This document shows, one piece after another, positions 1 to 11,010 of a stretch of 64,000 nucleotides of DNA. The translations under genes and the position numbers were made by a program. The stretch is from Candidatus Latescibacterota bacterium (GTDB lineage Bacteria > Latescibacterota > CBDCVA01), in assembly GCA_965222935.1 (NCBI GenBank), contig CBDCVA010000001.1:28389-92388 (forward strand), read 5' to 3'. Below the pieces are notes generated by a model. The model did no database searches, was not told the DNA's origin, and was given only the letters and a program-made list of their open reading frames with translations. How positions within the stretch are numbered: the stretch's first letter is position 1; each line of letters begins with the position of its first letter.

Positions 1-302
1 TCGTCCGCCGTCTTGATGATCACTGGAATCCCCTGAGCTTGATGGTACGATTTGGAGGTCACCGACAAGGCGGTGATACCCTGAGTCACCCCAAAGGTAA
101 GCTTGCGCATCCGGCTTGATCAACCTTTTCGCTCTTGCACACCTGAAGGGGTTCACCGGAAACCTCTCGTCGTTCGGTCCGACGCGCGCTGCGATCTCGT
201 GTAGGACTTGCCCTCCATAGGCGCGCCGCTCTATCCTTAAAATCGGGGAGCATCCGCCCCAATCGCAGCGCTCGGGGAGCCAAGCCAAAGGGAGCTAGCC
301 TG

Positions 303-1562
303 ATGAAACTCGTGATCACCGACGTGGAGCGGATCACCGTCGACGTGCCCTTCCTGGAGCGTCCGGCGAAGCACATGGGGCGCCAGCTCTGGGGATGGAC
401 GATCTCCGAGGTCTGTCGCGTGAAGACGGACGCGGGAATCGAGGGCTTCGGCGAGACGCTGGTCCACTACACCTGGGGACGGGTCAGCGAAGAAGCTGTC
501 GCGCGCGTCATCGGTCGGAACCCGGCCGAGTTTTTGTGGGACGATTCGCTTGGCGCGGGCCTTCAGATGGCGCTGTTCGACCTGACCGGGAAGGCACTCG
601 GTGTGCCGTGCCATCGGCTCATGGGCCAACGCGTGCGCGAGTGGTGCCCCATCTCGTGGTGGGCCATCGACATGCCGCCCTCCGACTGGGCACGGGAGGC
701 GCAGGAAGCCGTGCGCTCAGGCTACACGGGCTTCAAGATCAAGGCCCGCCCGTGGTTCGACATCCGCGAGCAGGTGAAAGCCATCACCGAAGTCGTCCCC
801 GGCCATTTCAAGCTCGACCTCGATTTCAACGGCCTCCTGCTCAACGCGGGTCATGCGGTCCCGCTCCTCCAGGAGCTTGAGCGGATGCCCAACGTCGCCA
901 TGTTCGAATCGCCCATCTCCCAGGGCGATATCGGGGGCAATAAGCAGGTGCGGGCCAAGACGACGCACCCCATCGCCATGCACTACGGCAACCCGCCCAT
1001 CATGACGGCGCTCACCGAAGAGGTCTGCGACGGGTTTGTCATCGGCGTCGGCGCGGCAAACGTCATACGGCAGGGTACCGTTGCGGCTGAAGCGAGAAAG
1101 CCCTTCTGGCTCCAACTCGTCGGGACGGGCATCACCACCGCCTGGGCACTCCATCTGGGCGCCGTCCTCACCCACGCCCAGTGGCCCGCCATTACCTGCC
1201 ACGAGATGTATTCGGATGACCTGATCACCGAACGCATCGAGATTCAAGGCGGCTTCGGCCGCGTTCCCGAGGCGCCTGGGCTCGGTGTCGAGCTGGACGA
1301 AGGTGCGCTCGAACGCCTCCGCACCGATTCCATCGATAGGCCGGCCCCCACGGACCTCTATCGCGTCGTCTGGCCCGACGGGCAGCGCACCGCCTACGCG
1401 AGCCCCGACCAGTACAGGAACGACTTCATGGCCGGCAACCAGTGCGTCTTCGAGGCCGGCGTCACGCTGGAGGTGGTCGAGGACGATGGCAGCGAGGCAT
1501 TCGCCAAGCTCAGGGCGCGGGCGGCCCGGAGCCCCATCCGGGAGTGCTCGAAGGCGGTCTAA
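303..1562 (+). CDS. Enolase-superfamily enzyme (mandelate racemase/muconate lactonizing family, probable acid-sugar dehydratase)
   Basis: 419-aa ORF with AAGGGAG RBS upstream of the ATG. Family-typical segments are GFKIKARPW, KLDLDFNG and AMFESP (barrel K-x-K and metal ligands). Confidence 0.85.
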   Translation: MKLVITDVERITVDVPFLERPAKHMGRQLWGWTISEVCRVKTDAGIEGFGETLVHYTWGRVSEEAVARVIGRNPAEFLWDDSLGAGLQMALFDLTGKALGVPCHRLMGQRVREWCPISWWAIDMPPSDWAREAQEAVRSGYTGFKIKARPWFDIREQVKAITEVVPGHFKLDLDFNGLLLNAGHAVPLLQELERMPNVAMFESPISQGDIGGNKQVRAKTTHPIAMHYGNPPIMTALTEEVCDGFVIGVGAANVIRQGTVAAEARKPFWLQLVGTGITTAWALHLGAVLTHAQWPAITCHEMYSDDLITERIEIQGGFGRVPEAPGLGVELDEGALERLRTDSIDRPAPTDLYRVVWPDGQRTAYASPDQYRNDFMAGNQCVFEAGVTLEVVEDDGSEAFAKLRARAARSPIRECSKAV

Positions 1563-1727
1563 GTCGGGCCCAGCTCCACCTCACGGAAGCACCGCTCGGG
1601 GGATGGGCGCACGAGATGGCGACGAGAAACTCGATCTGGATCTCGCCCCCAGCGGGGAAGGGGGATAGAAAACGGGCCTCCGCGGGGTAGATGCGCGGAG
1701 GCCCTGAGACCAGGTGACGCCCCGAAG

Positions 1728-2411
1728 CTACCGCAGGAACGCAGCCTTGACCGAGGCCCAGGATGCCGCCTCCACGGCCACGGGGCCAAGCTCTTCGCCA
1801 TCCTCTCCGACGGCGAGGACCCCTTCTACAGTCGGGTCCCCGCTGGTCCAGCCGGAATTGCTATCGAGGTTCTCCCAGCCGCCCACAATTGCCGCAATGA
1901 TTTCGAGCTGCTCGCGCACGGGCAGGTTGGGGTCAATCTCGATGAAGTGGCCCGCGACCGTTAGAACGAAGTGGCCAGTATGCGGTTCTGTGGGGTCGAA
2001 CTGAACCAGTTCGGCGTCCACAACGCGGAAGACACGGTCATGCGCGCTGAATGAGCCGCCCCTCCAGAGCCTAACGCCCATCTCCCCTGGACCACTTGTC
2101 ATCGTATCGAGTTTGTCCCAGCCACCCACGAGTGCCGCGATGACCTCCATCTGTTCGAGCAGGTCGACCCCAGGGGCTGATGATGGGGCTATCTCGATGA
2201 GATCGCCGGAGGTCGTTCGGACAAAGTGGCCCGTGTGGGGCTCGGAGGAGGCGTCAAATTGGAGCAACTGACCCTCCACGATGCGGAAGTAGCGCGGCAT
2301 TTCTTCCTGGTCGGAACTCTTGCCATCTGTAACGACAAAGCCAGCTAGCGGGCAGACCATGACAATCGAGGCAACGATTGCTAACGCCACGCGACGGGGT
2401 CTAGTGCACAT
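1728..2411 (-). CDS. Secreted or membrane-anchored hypothetical protein with an internal tandem domain duplication
   Basis: ORF on the minus strand. Preferred start is the ATG at 2411, preceded by GGAGGA. Hydrophobic N-terminus RRVALAIVASIVMVC. Two homologous ~90-aa halves (FRIVEGQLLQFD...HTGHFV...IAALVGGWDKLD and FRVVDAELVQFD...HTGHFV...IAAIVGGWENLD). Confidence 0.65.
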   Translation of the reverse strand: MCTRPRRVALAIVASIVMVCPLAGFVVTDGKSSDQEEMPRYFRIVEGQLLQFDASSEPHTGHFVRTTSGDLIEIAPSSAPGVDLLEQMEVIAALVGGWDKLDTMTSGPGEMGVRLWRGGSFSAHDRVFRVVDAELVQFDPTEPHTGHFVLTVAGHFIEIDPNLPVREQLEIIAAIVGGWENLDSNSGWTSGDPTVEGVLAVGEDGEELGPVAVEAASWASVKAAFLR

Positions 2412-2656
2412 CTCTGAATGATCCTCCATAGTCACGTCTGACGAGAGTGGCTGACAGTTAACGCTACTTCAACAGCATACAGTATAATGTGTGCCCCTGT
2501 CAGGAGGGAAATTGCATCTGCACGAAAAAGTTGCGGTGCGCGGTGTTCCGCCGTCCAATGGCGGCCATCCCGGTGTGGCTGCATACTGGACCGATGCGCA
2601 AGGAGGGGGCAGACATCCGCATACAGGAGCTTGCGCTGTGCGCAGGAGAGGAGATG

Positions 2657-2696
2657 CCCCCCCACCCCCAAACCTCTCCCCGACGGCAGGGAGGGT
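2657..2696 (-). repeat. Degenerate reverse-orientation copy of the REP-like element seen at 61.9-63.7 kb
   Basis: The minus strand reads ccctccctgccgtcggggagaggtttgggggtgggggg. This resembles tcccctccctgc...ggggaggggtcgggggtgggg. Confidence 0.5.
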
Positions 2697-2700
2697 CTAA

Positions 2701-2733
2701 GGCGCCATCCTGAGCCCGTCGAAGGATGGCGCC
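2701..2733. repeat. Perfect 11-bp-stem intergenic hairpin (REP-like)
   Basis: ggcgccatcct / gagcccgtcga / aggatggcgcc, lying directly next to the other repeat copy in an intergenic region. Confidence 0.6.
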
Positions 2734-2874
2734 GCTCGGAGCCTGTCATCTGCCATCTCATCCGCGAGCAATACATTGCACTCCGTCATCGGGATGTGTA
2801 CCATAGCCTCTGAGAACGACCGAATTTCGAGCCTCGAAACGCGTTCGCTTTACCGAGTGATCTGAAAGAAAAAG

Positions 2875-4119
2875 ATGGCTCGCCGCAAACCTGAACTTGC
2901 GGTCCAATCAACGCGATTGCTCTCCGAGCGAGGTTCGACGCGAGCGACCGCTTACTCGGGCACGAACAAGATCGTTACGCGCGATGGCAGGACGCATGTC
3001 GCCTGGCTGGACTCCATCTCCGACACGATGGTTGCGACCTATCATCGCTCCACGGATTCGTGGTCTGGGCCCGTCAAGGTGGGGAACGGAACCGATAACC
3101 ATGGCGGCCCCGCCCTGACCTGCGATAGCGAGGGGCGCTTGCACATCTTCTTCGGCCCGCACGGCGAGGCTCCGTTTCTGCACTATCGTTCGGCAAAACC
3201 CAACGACGCATCGCAGTGGGACAAGCTAGCGGGCGTCGGTGCCAACGCTACCTATCCGAGCGCTGTGTGCGATGACGAAGACACGCTGCATATGATCTAT
3301 CGCCGCTGCGAGCAGTCCCGAGAGCCGCCCTTTTCCTTGATTTACCAGCAGAAACCCCGTGGCGCCGGCTGGAGTGCGCCCCTCATTCTGGCGAAAGCTC
3401 CCGATGATTGGAACGGATACACGTGTTATCATCACGCTTTGACGATTGCAACGGATAACGCACTCCACATAGCGTTTAACATCTACTATGACGGGCGCGC
3501 GCAAGCGGCCGGACATATGATGTCCCAGGATCGAGGTAAGACGTGGATTTTGGCCGATGGTTCACCGCTGTCTCTGCCCGTGAAAATTGAGTCGAACGCC
3601 TTCTTCAAGCGTACTGAAGGGGCTTTAACCATCAACAATGTCGTCTGCGACTCGAAGGGACACCCGTGGGTCAGCCTGAGCCTGGTTGAATCGGATTCGG
3701 CATTGAGAATCTACCATCACGATGGGTCGACATGGTGTTCACTAGAACCGGATGCGTTGCTCTCCTCCGAGGTCACTCCCGGAAAGTTGGACGGCAGCGG
3801 GGTGCTGAGTATCGGTCAAAATGACCGGCTCTATCTCATCACCCGTATGGAGGGTCACGTCATCCTTTTGCATGCCGATTCACAAGCGGAGCCATTTCAC
3901 CTCACACCCCTTTTCCCACCGGACGACGTGCTGCCCCATGCCGGGCTGACGCTTGAACGTCCAACCGGCCACCATGCGGTGGAGGTGCCCTTCGCGCTTT
4001 TCTCCACGGGTGAGAAGGGACCGGATTGTTTCGGAAGGGGCATTTTCCACAAGGTCGTCGCGATGCAGTTGCGCGCATCCGAAAATGGGGTAGGTGCGGC
4101 TAAGCCATTGGATGGATGA
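2875..4119 (+). CDS. BNR/sialidase-like beta-propeller family protein (BNR-4-like), function unknown
   Basis: 414-aa ORF with repeated D..G.lH-type blade motifs (DGRTHVAW, DSEGRLHIFFGPH, DEDTLHMIY, DNALHIAF, DRGKTW). The family call comes from memory of such proteins, not from a search. Confidence 0.55.
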   Translation: MARRKPELAVQSTRLLSERGSTRATAYSGTNKIVTRDGRTHVAWLDSISDTMVATYHRSTDSWSGPVKVGNGTDNHGGPALTCDSEGRLHIFFGPHGEAPFLHYRSAKPNDASQWDKLAGVGANATYPSAVCDDEDTLHMIYRRCEQSREPPFSLIYQQKPRGAGWSAPLILAKAPDDWNGYTCYHHALTIATDNALHIAFNIYYDGRAQAAGHMMSQDRGKTWILADGSPLSLPVKIESNAFFKRTEGALTINNVVCDSKGHPWVSLSLVESDSALRIYHHDGSTWCSLEPDALLSSEVTPGKLDGSGVLSIGQNDRLYLITRMEGHVILLHADSQAEPFHLTPLFPPDDVLPHAGLTLERPTGHHAVEVPFALFSTGEKGPDCFGRGIFHKVVAMQLRASENGVGAAKPLDG

Positions 4120-4206
4120 ATGGCCGGACGATGACGGTAGTGTGGACCACTTCAACATCGCGTACCGCGTAAAGGAAATCCTAACGGCTCACGGCTGGCA
4201 TCTCCG

Positions 4207-5220
4207 TCACAGCTTGTTCACCACCTCGATCAGCGCCGTCATGTAGCCGATCGCGTAGGCGCGGCCGCGATGGCCCCAACGCGTGTCATCCACCATCCGA
4301 GGCACGTGATCGGTGATCATGAAACCCGTGAAGCCCACCTCTTTGAGCGTCTTCACCACCTCGAAGGTATCCACCTGACCCTCGTTGATGAAGCACTCGT
4401 TGAAGCGGGGAACCGTGCCCTGGACGTCGCGGAAGTGGACGTAGATGATCTTGCCCCGGCCTCCGAAGTGGCGTATAGCGGGGATTACGCCCTCGGGGCC
4501 CATCTCCGACCAGCAGCCCATGCAGAAATTGAGGCCGTGGTTGGGGCTGTCGAACGCATCCATCGCCCGCTTGAAGCCCTCGAAGCCGCCGAAGATGCGG
4601 GCGATGCCGCCGAGCGAAGGCACGGGAGGATCGTCCGGGTGCAGCGCAAGCCTGACGTTCGCCTCCTCGGCCACGGGCAGAATGCGCTCCATGTAGGTGC
4701 AGTAGTTGTCCCACATCTCCTCGGCCGAGAAGACCCGACCGTGGGTGAAGGACGCCTCCCTCTGCGCTTTCACGAGACGGTGGTCATCGAGTGACCCGCC
4801 GGCCACGGCGGTCTCCATATCGAAGCGTGTGGCCAACGCGCCACCGCGCAGGACGGCGGGCGGCTCGGTGCGCCAGACGCCGTTGGGTATCCAGTGATAG
4901 CCCAGGATGGGTATGCCGGCCTTCCCCATGTTGCGGATGGTGGCCTGCATGTGCGCGATCTGTTCATCGCGGCCGGGCAGACCCAGCATGGCCTTGTCGT
5001 AGAAGCTGACGGGCACGTTCTCCAGGGACATGAGCCGCAGCCCCGCCGTATCAGCCCGCTGACGCAGGGCCAAGAGATCGTCGACCTCCCACTGCTCATC
5101 CCCGGGTAGCTTGGGGGTGTTCATCAGGAAGTCGTCGGCGCCGCACTGCTTGATGAAGGCCAGCTTCTCATCGGTCAGTTCATTGAACTGGCCTAGGCCA
5201 ACGCGCAGGGTCAGGGACAT
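4207..5220 (-). CDS. Mannonate dehydratase family (UxuA-like) TIM-barrel enzyme
   Basis: 337-aa ORF with AAGGAGG RBS. PVAEEANVRLALHPDDPP...FCMGCW...IIYVHFRD...ITDHVP aligns with the conserved C-terminal half of E. coli UxuA (AVHPDDPP...MCTG...IYFTHLR...PDHG). Confidence 0.8.
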   Translation of the reverse strand: MSLTLRVGLGQFNELTDEKLAFIKQCGADDFLMNTPKLPGDEQWEVDDLLALRQRADTAGLRLMSLENVPVSFYDKAMLGLPGRDEQIAHMQATIRNMGKAGIPILGYHWIPNGVWRTEPPAVLRGGALATRFDMETAVAGGSLDDHRLVKAQREASFTHGRVFSAEEMWDNYCTYMERILPVAEEANVRLALHPDDPPVPSLGGIARIFGGFEGFKRAMDAFDSPNHGLNFCMGCWSEMGPEGVIPAIRHFGGRGKIIYVHFRDVQGTVPRFNECFINEGQVDTFEVVKTLKEVGFTGFMITDHVPRMVDDTRWGHRGRAYAIGYMTALIEVVNKL

Positions 5221-5451
5221 GGCAGGCCTCCTTCGATGTGATCGCTTGGTGCCAGAAGCCTCGACGGTATCGAGACTGGATGCAGCGATAGAGCCAAAAA
5301 ATGCCGCTTCCGGAGCATCCGCAAGACCCGGTACACCTCATCATTGGAACGCCTGAACCGGGTCTCTTCGAGGGGCGCACCGCCTGGGACATCCTCGTCC
5401 GGCGCCAGCACTGCGCCTGAATCCTCGATCCCCTCGGTCCATCCTCCGGCA

Positions 5452-6918
5452 TTAAATAGCGTCCATCGGATACAGCTTCCGCCCCAGTCGGTGAAACGCC
5501 AGCTTGCCATCGGCCGGATCGTGCACGCTGGGCTCGGAGACCACATGGATCGACCCGGCCCACGATTCGAACCCGGCCCGGAAATGGGCTGTGGACTTGA
5601 CGCAGATGTAGCGCATCTGCCGCGGGTCCAGGCCCAGGCTCCGCGCGAAGGCCGTATCGAAGGGCTGCTCGCGCTCGGTCACCAGGAGGACGTGGACTCC
5701 GCGCTCTCGGATGTGCGCCGACGGGCCCATGCTTGCCTCCAGTCCCTCGAACATCGGGCCATCGTAGCGGAAGCGGCCATCGGAGAGCGCCGCCACTTCG
5801 GCTGTCATCCTCACGGGCTCACCCTGGAGCGGCGTGGATTTGGCGCCCACGTCCAACGTCAGCGTCGCGCCCAGGCCAGCCTGAGTGCATTGCGCCACCG
5901 CCTCCGGGTCCACGATGTAGAGGACGCAGGCATCCTGGAGATCGGCCTCGAGGAACGTCCGAAGGGCGCCCGTGCTGTCACCGGGTGAACCGCCGCCCGT
6001 GTTGTCGTTGCGGTCGGCGAAGATGATGGGGAAGCGCCCAGCGGTGTGCTGTTGTTCCAGCGCCTGGAGGGTCGAGGGACTCGGGACCTGCCAGTCGGCC
6101 CGCCGTGCGAAGATCCACTCGCCCAGCTCATCTGCATAGCGCTGCGCGAGGGCTTGGTCGTTGTCGGTGGCGACATAGACCGAAGCCCCCATATCCGGCA
6201 CGTCGGCAAGGGGATAGCAGGTGGCGATGGAGCCGCAGACGACGCCCGGCTGGGCCTCGATCCGGTGGAGTTCGGCGACGGCCTCGCTCATGGGTGGATG
6301 CGCCGTCACCTGGTTCGTGCCCCAGATCATGGGGATCTGGCAGAGCGCCATGGTCGGACGCAGGGCTTCTCTCGCCATCCGAACCAGCACATCAGCGCAT
6401 TCGCGGCCCCGCGCGGCCATGTCCACTTCGGGATAGGTCTCCCGCCCGATCAGCACATCCGCCATCTCGACCATGCGGTCCGAGACGTTGGAATGGATGT
6501 CCAGTTGCCCGACGATGGGCACCTCTGGCCCCACCAGTTCGCGCACGGCGCCGAGGACATGCCCTTCGCCATCGTCGATGCCCTCGATCACCATCGAGCC
6601 GTGCAGCTCTAGGAGGACGCCGTCCATGGGCGCGGCCTCGGTGATGCCGTCGAGCAGCTCTTTCAGGGTCGCATCAAAGATGTCCCTCGGCGTTGGTCCG
6701 CTCGGTTGCGGCTCGGCAAAAACCGTGGGAATCAGCTCGAAACCATGCGCTTCGGCCCCTTCGATGAACCCGCCCATCGGGGTATTGGTCTTCCGAAACT
6801 TCTTCAAGATCTCGCTTCCGAGCCAATACCCGAAGCGCGCGTGATAGCTCTCCCACGTCGTGGGTACCGTGGTGAAGGTGCTCGTCTCATGGCTGATGGC
6901 ACCTGTGACAACCCTCAT
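5452..6918 (-). CDS. M81 family metallopeptidase (MlrC/microcystinase C-like)
   Basis: The family-typical N-terminus MRVVTGAISHETSTF begins at the internal ATG at 6918. The longer track ORF to 7155 would overlap leuD and is Arg/Pro-rich. Confidence 0.8.
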   Translation of the reverse strand: MRVVTGAISHETSTFTTVPTTWESYHARFGYWLGSEILKKFRKTNTPMGGFIEGAEAHGFELIPTVFAEPQPSGPTPRDIFDATLKELLDGITEAAPMDGVLLELHGSMVIEGIDDGEGHVLGAVRELVGPEVPIVGQLDIHSNVSDRMVEMADVLIGRETYPEVDMAARGRECADVLVRMAREALRPTMALCQIPMIWGTNQVTAHPPMSEAVAELHRIEAQPGVVCGSIATCYPLADVPDMGASVYVATDNDQALAQRYADELGEWIFARRADWQVPSPSTLQALEQQHTAGRFPIIFADRNDNTGGGSPGDSTGALRTFLEADLQDACVLYIVDPEAVAQCTQAGLGATLTLDVGAKSTPLQGEPVRMTAEVAALSDGRFRYDGPMFEGLEASMGPSAHIRERGVHVLLVTEREQPFDTAFARSLGLDPRQMRYICVKSTAHFRAGFESWAGSIHVVSEPSVHDPADGKLAFHRLGRKLYPMDAI

Positions 6919-7067
6919 GGCTCCGATCCTTTCTTGCCGCCGCTTGACGCAGGGCGCTTTCCCCTCGTCAGAAGTCGCGTCTAGGGCCGGTAAAACCCAG
7001 GCGTCTCGGATGGAGCACCGTGCGCGGATGTGAATGGCGCCGCAACCTGAATTCGCCGGAGGGATGG

Positions 7068-7676
7068 TTAGATCTGGTGGGCCCGTTCGTAGGCGGTGAT
7101 CTTGTCTTTGTGCTGTAGGGTCAGCGCGATGTCGTCCAGCCCGCTCAGCAGGCATTGCCGCCGGAACACGTGCGTTTCGGGGTCAGGATGCACCGTAAAG
7201 GCGGCCGAGAGACCTCCCTCGTCGGATATCTCACACCGCTCCAAGTCCACCGTCAGCCCGTATCCGGGAGATGCCTTTGCGTTGGCGATGATCTGCTCAA
7301 CCGTCCCTTCCGGCAGGAACACGGGTACCACCCCGTTCTCAAGGCAATTCTTGTGGAAGATGTCGGCAAAGCTGGGGGCGATGATCGCACGAAAGCCGTA
7401 GTCCAACAGACCCCACACCGCATGCTCCCTCGACGAGCCACAGCCGAAATTCCGCCTGGCCACAAGGATCGTGGACCCCTCGAAGCCCGGATGGTTGAGA
7501 ACGAAGTCCCCGTTGGGCTTTCCATCGGGCTGAAAGCGCCAGTCGAAGAAGAGGAACTGGCCGAAGCCCGTCCGCTCAATGCGCTTGAGAAACTGCTTGG
7601 GCATGATCTGGTCGGTGTCCACATTCACCCGATCCAGGGGGGTGACGATGCCGGTCAGCTTGGTGAACGGTTCCAT
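7068..7676 (-). CDS. leuD: 3-isopropylmalate dehydratase small subunit
   Basis: 202 aa with the GCGSSREHA motif, 8 nt downstream of leuC. Confidence 0.93.
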   Translation of the reverse strand: MEPFTKLTGIVTPLDRVNVDTDQIMPKQFLKRIERTGFGQFLFFDWRFQPDGKPNGDFVLNHPGFEGSTILVARRNFGCGSSREHAVWGLLDYGFRAIIAPSFADIFHKNCLENGVVPVFLPEGTVEQIIANAKASPGYGLTVDLERCEISDEGGLSAAFTVHPDPETHVFRRQCLLSGLDDIALTLQHKDKITAYERAHQI

Positions 7677-7684
7677 CGGAGGCG

Positions 7685-9091
7685 CTATCCCTTCCAGTCC
7701 CGGATGTCCACGAAGTGGCCGGCGATGGCCGCGGCCGCGGCCATCGGAGGGCTCACCAGGTGGGTGCGTCCCCCCTTGCCCTGCCGCCCTTCGAAATTGC
7801 GGTTAGACGTGGAGGCGCACCGCTGACCGGATTCCAGGACGTCCGGGTTCATGCCCAGGCACATGGAGCAGCCAGCCTCCCGCCAGTCGAACTCGGCGTC
7901 CTTGAAGATCCGGTCCAGGCCCTCGGCCTCAGCCTGCACCTTCACCCCGGCGGAACCCGGCACCACCATGGCGGACACCCCCCGGTGCACTTTGCGCCCC
8001 TTGACCATCTCGGCGGCGGCCCGCAGATCTTCGATGCGGGCGTTGGTGCAGGAGCCGATGAAGACGCGATCGATGGTGATCTCTTCCATGGGTGTACCTG
8101 GCTGTAGCCCCATGTACTCCAGGGCTCGCTCCGCTGCGGACTGATCTTCGGCAGCGAGGTAGGAGGCGGGATCGGGGACGCGATCGGTGATGGGGACCAC
8201 CATGCCGGGGTTGGTGCCCCAGGTGACGTAGGGCGCAAGGCTGGCCGCGTCTATCTCCACCACCCCGTCGAAGGCAGTGCCTGGATCGGTCGGCAGGGCG
8301 CGCCATCGCTCCACCGCTGCCTCAAAGGCATCGCCCTGGGGCACTTGCGGCCGTCCCCGCATGTACTCGAAAGTGGTCTCGTCGGGAGCGACCATGCCCG
8401 CTCGAGCCCCGGCCTCGATGGACATGTTGCACACCGTCATCCGGCCTTCCATGGACAGCGAGCGTATGGCTTCCCCGGTGTACTCGAACACATGCCCCGC
8501 CCCTCCATCGACGCCGATCTGGCCAATGATGCCCAGGATCAGGTCCTTGGCCGCCACGCCTTTTGGCAGCCGGCCGCTCGTTCGAATCTCCATGAGCTTG
8601 GGTTTGGACTGCACGAGACACTGGGTCGCCAGGACATGTTCTACCTGCGAGGTGCCAACGGGCATGGCGAAGGCCCCGAAGGCGCCGTGGGTCGAGGTGT
8701 GGCTGTCGCCGCAGACGACGGTCTTGCCCGGCTGCGTGTAGCCTTGCTCCGGTCCGATGATATGCACGATGCCCTGCCGGGGGCTGTGAATATCGTAGAG
8801 CGTGATCCCGAAGGCTTCCGCGTTGCGGGAGAGGGCCTCGATCTGCTTCAGGGCAATCTCATCGGTGATGGGTAGCGACCGGTCCGACGTGGGGACGTTA
8901 TGGTCGGCTGTGGCGACGGTCAGGTCGGGACGCCGCACCTTGCGGCCCGCCAGCCGTAACCCCTCGAACGCCTGCGGCGAGGTCACCTCATGCACCAGAT
9001 GCAAGTCTATATATAGAATCGCCGGCTTGCCCGGCTCCTCATGCACCACGTGATTATCCCAGATCTTCTCGAACATCGTTTTAGGCGTCAT
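7685..9091 (-). CDS. leuC: 3-isopropylmalate dehydratase large subunit
   Basis: 468 aa with aconitase-family motifs [14 protein letters not shown] and [11 protein letters not shown]. Confidence 0.95.
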   Translation of the reverse strand: MTPKTMFEKIWDNHVVHEEPGKPAILYIDLHLVHEVTSPQAFEGLRLAGRKVRRPDLTVATADHNVPTSDRSLPITDEIALKQIEALSRNAEAFGITLYDIHSPRQGIVHIIGPEQGYTQPGKTVVCGDSHTSTHGAFGAFAMPVGTSQVEHVLATQCLVQSKPKLMEIRTSGRLPKGVAAKDLILGIIGQIGVDGGAGHVFEYTGEAIRSLSMEGRMTVCNMSIEAGARAGMVAPDETTFEYMRGRPQVPQGDAFEAAVERWRALPTDPGTAFDGVVEIDAASLAPYVTWGTNPGMVVPITDRVPDPASYLAAEDQSAAERALEYMGLQPGTPMEEITIDRVFIGSCTNARIEDLRAAAEMVKGRKVHRGVSAMVVPGSAGVKVQAEAEGLDRIFKDAEFDWREAGCSMCLGMNPDVLESGQRCASTSNRNFEGRQGKGGRTHLVSPPMAAAAAIAGHFVDIRDWKG

Positions 9092-9231
9092 GGCACAACC
9101 TCTCTAAAAAGAGCACGCTTCCATCACGGCTGCCGGCTACAATATGTCATCCTATGCCGGGGGAGCGCCAATCCTTCTCGCCCGCGGCCTGACCTCTCAA
9201 CCCCCGTGGCGTGCGCCCCGCCCCCATAGGT

Positions 9232-10917
9232 TTAGCTTGTGACGGCTCCAACGGATGCCGACGAAACCAGCTTGGCATACTTGGCCATCACGCCCCTCTC
9301 GTACCTGGCCGGGGGAGCGACCCATTCTCCCCGACGCCGCTCCATCTCATCATCGGGGATTCTGACGCTCAGCTCTTGGGTCATGACGTCCATCACGACG
9401 ATGTCGCCGTCCCGAACGAGAGCGATGGGACCGCCCACCGCAGCCTCCGGCGCCACGTGGCCTATCATGGGCCCTCGCGTCGCACCTGAGAAACGCCCGT
9501 CAGTCAAAAGCACGACGCTTTCGCCCAGCCCTACACCCACGATGGCGCCCGTGACGGCCAGCATCTCTTGCATGCCGGGGCCTCCCTTGGGGCCCTCGTA
9601 GCGGATCACTACCACGTCGCCCTCCGCGATCCCGCCGCCCGTCACGGCGTCGAACGCGGCCCGTTCTCCGTCGAAGACGCGGGCTGGCCCTTCGTGTTTG
9701 AGATGCTGGGTCCCCGCCACCTTCATCACCGCGCCCTCTGGAGCCAGGTTGCCCTTGAGGATCGCCAGCCCGCCTGTGGGGCTGCGAGGTGAGGACACGG
9801 GGTAGATGACTCGGCTATCCGGCTTGCGGTCGAAGCCTTCCAGGTTCTCTCTCAGCGTCAACCCCGTGACCGTCATGACATCGCCGTGCAGAAGTCCGGC
9901 GTCTAGAAGCTCCCTCATCACCACCGGCACGCCGCCAGCCTTGTCCACATCGCTCATGACGTAGCGCCCGCCCGGGCGAAGGTCGGTGAGATAGGGCGTG
10001 CGTCGGCTGAGGCGGTTGAAGTCATCGATCTCCAGGGGAACGTCCGCTTCGTGGGCTATGGCCAAAAGGTGCAAGACGGCGTTGGTGGAGCCCCCCATCG
10101 CCAGAACGACGGCGATGGCGTTCTCGAAGGATGCCTGCGTCAGGATGTCGCGCGGCTTGATGTCGCTTCCCAGGAGGTTGTAGAGCATCCTGCCGGCGCT
10201 CTTGGCTATCTCCTCGGCACGGGGGGCAACCGCCGGAACGGACGCCGCTCCCGGCATCGACATCCCCAGCGCCTCGATGGCCGATGACATCGTGTTGGCC
10301 GTGAACATCCCGGCGCACGCGCCTTCGCCGGGACAGGCGACGCGTTCCATGGCCAGAAGCTCGTCCAGGGACATCTTGCCCTGAGTGTGAGCGCCCACGG
10401 CCTCGATCATATCCTGGTAGTTGATGTCTTCCCCTCGATACTGGCCGGGCAGAATGGTGCCGCCATACACGAACACCGAGGGGATATTGAGCCTGGCCAT
10501 CGCCATCATCGCGCCGGGCATGTTCTTGTCGCAGCCTCCGACCACGATCAGCCCGTCCATGCTTTCCGCGAAGCTCACCGTCTCGATGGAGTCAGCGATG
10601 ACCTCCCGGCTCACCAATGACGCCTTCATGCCTTCCGTTCCCATCGAGATGCCGTCGCTCACGGTGATGGTGCCGAAGAGGAAGGGGACGCCATTCGCGG
10701 CCCATACGCCCTCCTTGACCTTTTTCGCCAGCCGGTCCAGATGGACGTTGCAGGGCGTCACGTCGCTGGCGAGGTTGGCTACCCCGATGAAGGGCTTGTC
10801 CATATCCTCGTCCTTGAGCCCCATTGCGCGGAGCATGGCGCGCGCCGCCGCTCTATCCGGGCCGTCGCTCACGGCCCGGCTCTTGTGCTTGAGCCTCGAC
10901 CTCACCTCCGCTTTCAT
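9232..10917 (-). CDS. ilvD: Dihydroxy-acid dehydratase
   Basis: 561 aa with IlvD/Edd signatures GGCDKNMPG and TDGRFSG. Confidence 0.95.
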   Translation of the reverse strand: MKAEVRSRLKHKSRAVSDGPDRAAARAMLRAMGLKDEDMDKPFIGVANLASDVTPCNVHLDRLAKKVKEGVWAANGVPFLFGTITVSDGISMGTEGMKASLVSREVIADSIETVSFAESMDGLIVVGGCDKNMPGAMMAMARLNIPSVFVYGGTILPGQYRGEDINYQDMIEAVGAHTQGKMSLDELLAMERVACPGEGACAGMFTANTMSSAIEALGMSMPGAASVPAVAPRAEEIAKSAGRMLYNLLGSDIKPRDILTQASFENAIAVVLAMGGSTNAVLHLLAIAHEADVPLEIDDFNRLSRRTPYLTDLRPGGRYVMSDVDKAGGVPVVMRELLDAGLLHGDVMTVTGLTLRENLEGFDRKPDSRVIYPVSSPRSPTGGLAILKGNLAPEGAVMKVAGTQHLKHEGPARVFDGERAAFDAVTGGGIAEGDVVVIRYEGPKGGPGMQEMLAVTGAIVGVGLGESVVLLTDGRFSGATRGPMIGHVAPEAAVGGPIALVRDGDIVVMDVMTQELSVRIPDDEMERRRGEWVAPPARYERGVMAKYAKLVSSASVGAVTS

Positions 10918-10937
10918 CGTCGTCTCCCCTCTCGAAT

Positions 10938-10957
10938 CATCACGAGCCGGCTCGTGA
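10938..10957. promoter_or_regulatory. Perfect 20-nt palindrome between the UxuA-like stop and the ilvD RBS
   Basis: atcacgagcc|ggctcgtgat, 21 nt upstream of the ilvD start and directly next to its GAGAGGGGA RBS. Confidence 0.35.
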
Positions 10958-11010
10958 TCGAGCTGAACCGTGCCAGCTTTCCGGTCACCAAGCGCAAAGG
11001 CGTGCCGGTT

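Noticed and set aside
1-110. A possible 5' end of a minus-strand gene running off the window (MRKLTFGVTQGITALSVTSKSYHQAQGIPVIIKTADD).
   Set aside because: Only 36 codons are visible, with no clear RBS and no recognisable motif. That is too little evidence to call.
6919-7155. 5' extension of the MlrC-like ORF in the track.
   Set aside because: The extension overlaps the 3' end of leuD and is Arg/Pro-rich. The family-typical N-terminus begins at the internal ATG at 6918.
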